From an uncultured candidatus Porisulfidus sp. (GTDB lineage Bacteria; Pseudomonadota; Gammaproteobacteria; Poriferisulfidales; Poriferisulfidaceae): a stretch of DNA of 64,000 nucleotides. The notes below the pieces were generated by a model that made no database searches, was not told the origin of the DNA, and was given only the letters and a program-made list of their open reading frames with translations. How positions within the stretch are numbered: the stretch's first letter is position 1; each line of letters starts with the position of its first letter. This document shows, piece after piece, positions 43,635-51,683 of the stretch. A program made the position numbers and the translations under genes. The stretch is taken from NCBI GenBank assembly GCA_965116025.1, contig OZ220480.1:1312001-1376000 (forward strand). Reading direction: 5' to 3'.

Positions 43635-44410
43635 GGTCGTCCCAGAACGACCAGCTTCCGGTCCTCGAAGACATGCAGGACGAGCTCGTCCCGGGCGCGG
43701 CTTCCGAGCTTGCGGGTCAACTCGGTCAAGGCGTCCCACCAGGTGGTTGACGAGATCAGCGAGATTCGGGTCCGCAACAGGGAGGGCGGGAGCTCCGGGC
43801 GCAGCGTCCAGCCGACGGGCACGATCAGGTCCAGCGCGTCCCGCAGGGCCATGTCCTCGACGAAGATCTCGGCCTCGTCATGCAGGCTGGCTGGTGGAGG
43901 GGGCGGGGTCTCGCTCGCCTCCGCGTCCGCTGGACCTGGATCCTCCATGGCTAGGCTTTGGGCATTCTCGACTTCGACGGCGGGGGCCGACCTCTCCAGT
44001 CGCGCGCTCCATTCCTCGGTCGGGTGGATGATCAGGGTGCGGTACAGCGGATTGATTTTCAGGCGCCAAGCGTCGCCGGCCAGCACGGTCAAGGCTTCCG
44101 AAAGAGGGATGGGTCCGAGGTCGCGGTGTATCTCAGGCAACGGTTGCGGGATCAGGATGGCGCTCGCCCAGCGGCTTCGCCGCTCGTCGAGGCGGTAGCC
44201 CGAGCGCGTCAGCAGATGATTCAGAGCCTCGCCGACCGTGGCGATTTCCTGCGGGAAGCGGACCTGGGTCAGGGTGACCTGGAGCGGGTTCCGCTGCGCG
44301 TGGCTGCTGCCAGGCATGATGTAGGCGTAGCGGGCGACGGAGATGGGGTTCTCCGCCGCCGCTCCCAGGGCCGGGAAGATCAGATAGCAGGCGAGAGGAA
44401 GGGCGCGCAT
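43631..44410 (-). CDS. PilL-like protein of ICE/plasmid pilus systems
   Basis: ARY..AQRNPLQV..FP..ATVGEALNHLL.RSGYRL..LPEIHRDLGP..L.EAL..LAG.AW.L. Confidence 0.8.
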   Translation of the reverse strand: MRALPLACYLIFPALGAAAENPISVARYAYIMPGSSHAQRNPLQVTLTQVRFPQEIATVGEALNHLLTRSGYRLDERRSRWASAILIPQPLPEIHRDLGPIPLSEALTVLAGDAWRLKINPLYRTLIIHPTEEWSARLERSAPAVEVENAQSLAMEDPGPADAEASETPPPPPASLHDEAEIFVEDMALRDALDLIVPVGWTLRPELPPSLLRTRISLISSTTWWDALTELTRKLGSRARDELVLHVFEDRKLVVLGRP

Positions 44411-44467
44411 GGACAGGCTCCGGGTTCGGGCCTGCCAGATTAAACGAGCGGGAGCGCGAAAGCAAGG

Positions 44468-44520
44468 AGAAATGGTCACAATTTTGTGACCATTTCTTTC
44501 CTATATTTATCAGTTAATTG
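44468..44520. promoter_or_regulatory. 14-bp inverted repeat (GGTCAC-N6-GTGACC core) with adjacent IHF-consensus site
   Basis: AGAAATGGTCACAA-TT-TTGTGACCATTTCT; TATCAGTTAATTG at 44508-44520 matches WATCARNNNNTTR. Confidence 0.65.
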
Positions 44521-44544
44521 TAGAGGCCGAAAAGCGGCTCGCCC

Positions 44545-45399
44545 TTATTTCTGGAAAGGTCTCCCTCGAATCTTAAAACGAAAACAGAGGCCGAACGCGA
44601 GAATTCCGACCCACGCGACCCCGGCCCAACCGCCGGAGGCGTCGGATCCGATCCAGTCCGGCCCGAAAGGACCGGGGAGCGTGAGATTCTTGAAGGTTTT
44701 CAGGCTGAACACCATGGCGGCGTGCGCGCCAATGCAGAAGGCCAGGCTGGCGCCGCGCAGGCGCATGGCGCCGAGGCCTAAGCCGATTAGAAATAGCAGG
44801 CACAGGCGTTGTGGCTGCTCAATCCACTGCTCGGGCATGTCGAGCGCGGCGCGCGTCAGCAGCGTCCATCCTCCGTCCCATTGGCTCGCCAGGGCTGGGT
44901 CCGGGGCCGGGTTCAGGAAATGGATGCCGGCGTAGAAAAGGGCTGAGGCCGTCATCGGCACCCAGTAGCCGGAGGTTCGGGACAGGAGAAGACCGCGGAA
45001 ATACAGTTCTTCCAGGGTGGCCACAGCCAAGGCGATGGCTAGGTATCCGGCGAGCTTTCGGGTCAGTCTCAGGCCCCATGTCCAAGGGTCCGCGACGCGC
45101 GCGTCCATCTCGACCAGGAAGAGCCACAGAGGCGCCAGCAGGGCGGCCGTGAGGGAAAAGGCGACGAGGCCGCGCGCGAGCAGCGGCATGGCGGAGCCCC
45201 GCAGGCCGAGCGCCTCGCGGGTGACCCGGCGGCGCGCCCACAGCGCGAGGACCAGCGCGGCGACGAGCAGTGCGCCGTACTTAACGAGTTTGTGGTGCGG
45301 GATCGGCGGCGCCCACAGCGCGTGAATCCAGCCCCAAAGCAAGGCTCCGCCCGCCAGCGCGGCGAGCAGCAGGAGGGCGTAGCCCCAAAAGTTTCGCAC
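44545..45399 (-). CDS. CPBP (CAAX/Abi) intramembrane glutamic protease
   Basis: EELYFRG, FYAGIHF, IGAHAA motifs; multiple TM helices. Confidence 0.9.
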   Translation of the reverse strand: MRNFWGYALLLLAALAGGALLWGWIHALWAPPIPHHKLVKYGALLVAALVLALWARRRVTREALGLRGSAMPLLARGLVAFSLTAALLAPLWLFLVEMDARVADPWTWGLRLTRKLAGYLAIALAVATLEELYFRGLLLSRTSGYWVPMTASALFYAGIHFLNPAPDPALASQWDGGWTLLTRAALDMPEQWIEQPQRLCLLFLIGLGLGAMRLRGASLAFCIGAHAAMVFSLKTFKNLTLPGPFGPDWIGSDASGGWAGVAWVGILAFGLCFRFKIRGRPFQK

Positions 45400-45424
45400 G
45401 GATTAATCGAAACGGCGATGCGGA

Positions 45425-45520
45425 CAAGTCCATGATTATAAAGAAAATTAAGAGCCCTACACCAAACGGGCCGAAAAGGCAAGCGAAAACGGTCACTTTG
45501 TCGTGACCGTTTTCGCTTGC
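45425..45520. promoter_or_regulatory. IHF-like site plus perfect 18-bp inverted repeat (GGTCAC-N6-GTGACC core)
   Basis: GCAAGCGAAAACGGTCAC-TTTGTC-GTGACCGTTTTCGCTTGC at 45479-45520; CAAGTCCATGATT at 45425-45437 is one mismatch from the IHF consensus. Confidence 0.65.
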
Positions 45521-46154
45521 GTCCTCACGAATTTTCGTGGCATGATAGAAAATTTTTCGGATAGGACACGGCGCATCGCCTTCCTGCCCAGCTTTTGGGA
45601 GCTCGAATAAAGCGAACCCATGCTTGAGGAGATTGGTTCTCTCATCCTGGCGCCCGGGTGGCCCGCCTGCGTTCGCTACAATGGAGGCGGAGAGGAAGCG
45701 GAAAGGCGCAAGCTTTCTGGAGCGTCAGCTCATGGACGATATCGAGATCATTCAAGATTCGCGAGTGGCGAGCGATGCTGAGCCTGCATCCGTTTCGTTC
45801 ATGGGCGCGCGCGGGGCGGTCCGGTTCCACCCTTCCGTAAAAATATTGGCTCGGTGAATGACCATGATGGCGAAGCGATTGAATTCGCGGCAGATGTGAC
45901 GCGAAGCAGTTTGCTGGCCAGCGGAATTATCCGGCGGTGGCCTTGGCTCTGTACCTGAAGTTTCATGTCGACCATTGCCTGCGCCCGGTGGCGAAGAGCA
46001 TCACCGGCGCAGGGCTGGAGCGGCGCTCGCTGGTGGGGGAGTGGGTCGAGGGTCATAAGGCTGGGGCTATTAGCCCGGATTCCCGGTCGGGATAATCTGT
46101 TATACTCGCCGCCGGACTCGCGTCCGAAAATAATGCTGATATAAGGAGCTGATC

Positions 46155-46886
46155 ATGGCTTGGCCACTAAAAGACAAGGACATACCCGATGATGAAAAGA
46201 GCTGGAGAACGGGAGACCCGATCCTGACGGACGACTCTTTTCTGAAGTGGTGGCAAGACTACGATGCCGACTACACCTACACGGGTACCAAAGGCAACGA
46301 CTCTGTTGATCGCGGCAATGGCGACGACTATATGCTCGGCGATGATGGTCACGACGAGCTAGGCGGGCGCGGGGGCGATGACTACCTGCGCGGAGGCAGA
46401 GGCGATGACCGCTTGTTCGGCGGCGATGGCGATGACATTCTGAGAGGCGGCGGTGGCGATGACCAGTTGCACGGCGGCGACGGCGAGGACTGGATGAAAG
46501 GCGGCAAGGGCGATGACTACATGCTCGGTGACGATGGCGACGACGCGCTGATAGGCGGCGCCGGCGATGACATTCTGCACGGCGGCGATGGCGACGACAC
46601 GCTGATAGGCGGCAAGGGCGATGACTATCTGACCGGCGGCAAGGGCGCGGATCGCTTCGCGTTCGCTGGTGATAAAGGCCGCGACAATATCAGGGGCTTC
46701 GAAGACGGAAAGGACATGATCGTGTTCGCGGAAGACATGGGCTTGACGTTCGAGGACTTGACCATCGCGGCAATCGGAGGCGGTAGGGTGGAGATCACCG
46801 CCGGAGAAGCTTATCCCTGGAGCATCGAGCTCCGAGGCGCGGGGGTTTCGGACTTGACCGATTCCGATTTCGATTTCATGGGATGA
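46155..46886 (+). CDS. RTX (GGxGxD) calcium-binding repeat protein
   Basis: AAGGAG RBS; more than a dozen nonapeptide repeats; C-terminus SDLTDSDFDFMG. Confidence 0.92.
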   Translation: MAWPLKDKDIPDDEKSWRTGDPILTDDSFLKWWQDYDADYTYTGTKGNDSVDRGNGDDYMLGDDGHDELGGRGGDDYLRGGRGDDRLFGGDGDDILRGGGGDDQLHGGDGEDWMKGGKGDDYMLGDDGDDALIGGAGDDILHGGDGDDTLIGGKGDDYLTGGKGADRFAFAGDKGRDNIRGFEDGKDMIVFAEDMGLTFEDLTIAAIGGGRVEITAGEAYPWSIELRGAGVSDLTDSDFDFMG

Positions 46887-46932
46887 GGCGCGGGCTTCAC
46901 CCTGTCTGATAACAACAATACTGGAGAACAAA

Positions 46933-48161
46933 ATGGCCAAAGTTAAAGGTACCCTTGAAGCCGATTATCATGAGGATTACGGCCCAATGATCCCAGGAAC
47001 GAATTCTCTGGCAAGGGGAATCTGATGGGAACCAGGGGAAACGACAAGATATACGGACGCTTGGGCAACGACACGCTATATGGGCTTGAAGGCGACGACC
47101 ATCTGTTTGGCGGCGACGGCGACGACGACCTATTCGGGGGGATAGGCGATGATCGGCTGTCCGGAGGCGAAGGCGACGACTGGATGGAAGGCGGCGCCGG
47201 CGATGACCGCTTGATCGGCGGTGCTGGTGACGACACGCTGGAAGGCGGCGCCGGCGATGACACTATGAAAGGTGGCGCGGACGATGACACGTTGCGCGGC
47301 GATGCTGGCGACGACACTATGGAGGGTGGCGCGGGCGATGACACGTTGCGCGGCGGTGCTGGCGACGACACGCTGGAAGGCGATGCTGGCGATGACACTA
47401 TGGAGGGTGGCGCGGGCGTTGACACCATACGCGGAGGCGCGGGCGACGACACGATCAAGGGAGGCGATGGCAACGACATTCTGTACGGCGACAGGCTTGA
47501 GGACGGCTCCAACCCGCGACAGACTCCCGAAGGCGAAAGCCAAAATGGCGACGAAGGAAACGATACGATTGACGGCGGCAAGGGCGATGATCGGATATAC
47601 GGCGGGGGCGGTAACGATACGCTGAAGGGAGGCGAGGGCAACGACACGATGTCCGGCGGCAAGGGCGACGACGTTATGGAAGGTGGCGCCGGCATTGACA
47701 CGATGTCCGGTGGCGATGGCGACGACGTGATGGAAGGCGGCTCGAGCGGTGACGGGATCGCTGGCGGCGCCGGCGACGACACGTTGCGCGGGGGGGACGG
47801 CGGTGACACGATAGGCGGCGGTGCCGGCGACGACACGATAGAAGGCGGCGCGGGCGATGACTTAATGGCCGGCGGCAAGGGGGCGGATACTTTTAAGTTT
47901 TCCGGTTTGGACGGAGACGATGACATACTCGATTTTAGCGGGCTTGAGAATGATAAGCTAGAAATCTTGATAGACGGGATCGACTCGAAGGATGATCTGA
48001 ATATCCGTCAAGATGGCAAGCACACGATCATTCAAGAGTTTTACAAGCCGATGCCTGGCGCGCCGATGCCGCCAGCAGACTATGAACCTGACTGGACGAT
48101 CACGCTTGAGAATTTCACCGCTTCAGACCTGACGGATTCTGATTTCGACTTTATGGGCTGA
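46933..48161 (+). CDS. Second RTX repeat protein; N-terminus (ATG 46933) out of frame with the main ORF 47025-48161
   Basis: More than 25 GGxGxD repeats; GGAG RBS before 46933; C-terminus SDLTDSDFDFMG. Confidence 0.88.
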
Positions 48162-48256
48162 TAGGCGGCAAGCCGGGCGTGGGATCCGCGAGTGAGCGGG
48201 CGGCCTATCAAGTCGGATGTCCTCGGTGCGGCGCGATTGATGAGGTTGGTGGCGAG

Positions 48257-48342
<86 letters not shown>

Positions 48343-48365
48343 ACCCCTCCTGCTGGATAGAAACG

Positions 48366-49664
48366 ATGGAGACCTCTCTCGAAATTTTGGGTCCGACGGC
48401 GCGCGCCTTGCGGGTCACGTTGCCTCAGCGGCGCTTCGTCGAGCGGGTGGAAAGCCGCCTTCTCCATCTCTCTCGCACTCTCCGTCTCAATGGCTTCCGC
48501 CCGGGCAAGGTGCCGGTGCGGGTGGTGCGGCAGAGTCACCTCCCGCAGGTGTATGGCGAGGCGCTGGAGAGTCTCGCCGGCGAATCCCTGCGCGAGGCCC
48601 TGGCCGAGAAGAACTTGCGGCCAGTTCTGGAGCCGGAGGTGGAGGTGGAGGAGTATGGCGAGGACCGGCCGATGAGGTATCAGGCTCGATTCGACGTGTA
48701 TCCGGAACTCTCCGAATCCAGGCTTTCGCTTTCGGACGTGGCGCTGATCGAACCGGGAATCGCGTTGGAGGACGCGGAGGTGGAGGAGGCGATGGAGCGA
48801 TTGCGTCGCGATCTCGCTTCTCGAGAAGCTGTGGACAGGCCGGCGGCGTGGGGAGATCACGTGGAGTTTCAGTATCAGTCCTGCGGGATGGACGAGACGC
48901 TCGGGGAGATCGATGAGAACGTTCCGGCCAAAGCGTTGATTTTGGAGCCGGGAGGAGCTCTGAGCCTGCATAAGCACCTCCAGGGCATGGTCAAAGGGGA
49001 GGAGAAGTTGGTCGAGCTGGAAGACGGCGCGGCTGCCCCGCCGTCCGAGCGGCATCAAATCCGGCTCAGAATTCTGGCGGTGCGCGAGGTCGTCTTGCTG
49101 GACTGGGACGATCCGAAGTTGCGGGCGCGATTCGGTGAGCGATTGACGCGCGAGGACATACGGAAAACCGTTCGCGCGCACCTGCAGGGCAAGCGAGACG
49201 AGGCGCGACGCGCGTATCTGTGCGGACAGATCGTGGAGGCGCTGACGACGGACGAGGACCCGGCCGTGCCGGTGCCCGATTCTCTGCATGAATGGTGTCT
49301 GTCAAGGCAGTTCGAAATGATGGGGGTGTCGCCGGACGACCATGACCTCGCCGCGGTCCGTCTGGCGCGCATGTCGGCGCGGGCGGAATCGAGGCGGGTG
49401 ACGGTGTTCCACGTGTTGCGTTCCCTGAGCGGAGTCGAGCCGAGCGAGGAGGACGAGCGGCGGGTCGAGGACGCGTACATAGCGCGATTCAAGGATCCGG
49501 CCGCCGCCCGTCGCGCGACGCGGGACGATCCGACCCTCCACGCCCACTTTCGGGAGGATGCGACTTGGGACGCGCTCATCCGCTGGACGCTGGATCGTGC
49601 TAGAGTGCGCGAGGAGAGCATGACGCTGGAGGAGCTGCTCGCGCGCGGCGGAGGAGGCGGGTGA
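48366..49664 (+). CDS. tig: Trigger factor (divergent)
   Basis: Ribosome-binding GFRPGKVP; position between tRNA-Leu and clpP. Confidence 0.85.
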   Translation: METSLEILGPTARALRVTLPQRRFVERVESRLLHLSRTLRLNGFRPGKVPVRVVRQSHLPQVYGEALESLAGESLREALAEKNLRPVLEPEVEVEEYGEDRPMRYQARFDVYPELSESRLSLSDVALIEPGIALEDAEVEEAMERLRRDLASREAVDRPAAWGDHVEFQYQSCGMDETLGEIDENVPAKALILEPGGALSLHKHLQGMVKGEEKLVELEDGAAAPPSERHQIRLRILAVREVVLLDWDDPKLRARFGERLTREDIRKTVRAHLQGKRDEARRAYLCGQIVEALTTDEDPAVPVPDSLHEWCLSRQFEMMGVSPDDHDLAAVRLARMSARAESRRVTVFHVLRSLSGVEPSEEDERRVEDAYIARFKDPAAARRATRDDPTLHAHFREDATWDALIRWTLDRARVREESMTLEELLARGGGGG

Positions 49665-50290
49665 TGAGAGACGTTCGATCCCAATACATTCCCATGGTGG
49701 TGGAGCAGAGCGCGCGCGGCGAGCGCGCGTACGATATCTATTCCCGCCTGCTCAAGGAGCGGGTGGTGTTCCTCGTGGGCGGCATCGACGACCATGTGGC
49801 CAATCTGGTGGTCGCGCAGATCCTGTTTCTGGAGTCGGAGAATCCGGACAAGGACATCTCGCTGTACATCAATTCCCCGGGCGGCTCGGTCAGCGCCGGG
49901 CTCGCGGTGCATGACACGATCCAGTTCTGTCGGCCCGACGTCAGCACCCTGTGCGTCGGGCAGGCCGCCAGCATGGGGGCGCTGTTGCTCGCGGCCGGGG
50001 CTCCGGGCAAGCGCTACGCGCTGCCGCATTCGCGCATCATGATTCACCAGCCGCTGGGCGGTTTCGAGGGACAGGCGACCGACGTGGACATTCATGCCCG
50101 GGAGATTCTGCGGGCCCGAACGCAGCTCAACCAAGCGCTGGCCCGGCATACCGGCAAGAAAATTGATAAAATCCGGCGGGACACGGAGCGCGACCACTTC
50201 ATGAGCAGCGAGGACGCGCGGAAATACGGCATCGTCGATAAGGTGCTGACCACCCGGGCGGAAACGCTCGACGATTCGGAGCCCGGCTGA
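49661..50290 (+). CDS. clpP: ATP-dependent Clp protease proteolytic subunit
   Basis: [34 protein letters not shown]. Confidence 0.98.
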   Translation: MMRDVRSQYIPMVVEQSARGERAYDIYSRLLKERVVFLVGGIDDHVANLVVAQILFLESENPDKDISLYINSPGGSVSAGLAVHDTIQFCRPDVSTLCVGQAASMGALLLAAGAPGKRYALPHSRIMIHQPLGGFEGQATDVDIHAREILRARTQLNQALARHTGKKIDKIRRDTERDHFMSSEDARKYGIVDKVLTTRAETLDDSEPG

Positions 50291-50308
50291 CCGGGACGCG
50301 AACGGGAC

Positions 50309-51583
50309 ATGAACAAGGGAAAGGGCGGAAAAGGAAAGCCGGCGAAGGCGCTGTTGCGTTGCTCGTTCTGCGGGAAGAGCCAGCACGAGGTGCGCAAGTT
50401 GATCGCCGGGCCGAAGGTGTACATCTGCGACGAGTGCGTGTCCTTGTGCAACGAGATCATCCGCGACGAGCTGAAGGTGGAGACCGAGCGGCGGCCGGAC
50501 TCCCTGCCGGGCCCCGTGGACATCTACGCCGCGCTCGAGGAGCACGTGGTCGGTCAGGAGCATGCCAAGAGGGCGTTGGCGGTGGCCGTGTACAACCATT
50601 ACAAGCGCGTCGGCTCGCGGGTCGACGAGGACGACGGGGTCGAGCTCGCCAAAAGCAACATTCTGCTGATCGGGCCGACCGGGTCCGGCAAGACTCTGCT
50701 GGCGGAGACGTTGGCGAGACGGCTGAACGTCCCGTTCACGATCGCGGACGCGACCACGCTGACCGAAGCCGGCTACGTGGGCGAGGACGTGGAGAACATC
50801 ATCCAGAAGCTGTTGCAGAAGTGCGACTATGACGTGCAGCGGGCGCAGAACGGGATCGTGTACATCGACGAGATCGACAAGATCTCGCGTAAGTCCGACA
50901 ATCCCTCGATCACGCGCGACGTCTCCGGGGAGGGGGTGCAGCAAGCGTTGCTCAAGCTGATCGAGGGCACCATCGCCTCGGTTCCGCCGCAAGGCGGACG
51001 CAAGCATCCGCAGCAGGAGTTCCTGCAGGTCGACACTAGCGACATTCTGTTTATTTGCGGCGGCGCGTTCGCGGGCCTTGACAAGGTGATACGCGCCCGG
51101 ACCGAGAAGAGCGGGATCGGTTTCGGCGCCGAGATCCAAGGTCGGGAGACGCGCGACGCGCTTGATGTCCTGCAGCGGACGCAGCCGGAGGATCTGATCC
51201 GCTACGGGCTGATCCCGGAGTTCGTGGGCCGGTTGCCCATGGTCGCGGCGCTGGAGGAGCTGGACGAGGGCATGCTGGCGCGGGTGCTGGTCGAGCCGAA
51301 GAACGCGATCACCCGACAGTACAAGAAGCTGTTCTCGATGGAGGGCGTGACGCTGGAGTTCCGCGCGGACGCCTTGGCGGCGGTGGCGCGGCTCGCGCGG
51401 GAGCGCAAGACCGGCGCCCGGGGCTTGCGCACCATCCTCGAGACCGTGCTGCTCGACACCATGTACGAGTTGCCCTCGTTCGAGGGCGTGGGCGGAGTGG
51501 TGATCGACAAGGAGGTCATTTTGGGCGAGAAGTCGCCGTACTTGGTGTACGAGGACCCGAAAGTCGAGGAGCGGCGGGCTTGA
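50309..51583 (+). CDS. clpX: ClpX ATPase
   Basis: CSFCGKSQ zinc finger, [28 protein letters not shown] loop. Confidence 0.98.
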   Translation: MNKGKGGKGKPAKALLRCSFCGKSQHEVRKLIAGPKVYICDECVSLCNEIIRDELKVETERRPDSLPGPVDIYAALEEHVVGQEHAKRALAVAVYNHYKRVGSRVDEDDGVELAKSNILLIGPTGSGKTLLAETLARRLNVPFTIADATTLTEAGYVGEDVENIIQKLLQKCDYDVQRAQNGIVYIDEIDKISRKSDNPSITRDVSGEGVQQALLKLIEGTIASVPPQGGRKHPQQEFLQVDTSDILFICGGAFAGLDKVIRARTEKSGIGFGAEIQGRETRDALDVLQRTQPEDLIRYGLIPEFVGRLPMVAALEELDEGMLARVLVEPKNAITRQYKKLFSMEGVTLEFRADALAAVARLARERKTGARGLRTILETVLLDTMYELPSFEGVGGVVIDKEVILGEKSPYLVYEDPKVEERRA

Positions 51584-51683
51584 GGGTCCAGGGCTACGCG
51601 CCGGACCCGTTGAAAACGTGGAGCCGCGCCCATATGATGAACGCTAGGAACGTATCCGACCGATCCGCTGGCGCGGAGATCCG

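Noticed and set aside
41011-43674. 591-aa (+) ORF and the N-terminal ~510 aa of the 803-aa (-) ORF
   Set aside because: Overlap the secretin; Arg/Pro-rich shadow translation. Only 41263-42132 is a plausible gene
46943-47926. Ser/Pro-rich repeat protein on the minus strand
   Set aside because: Antisense translation of the RTX repeats
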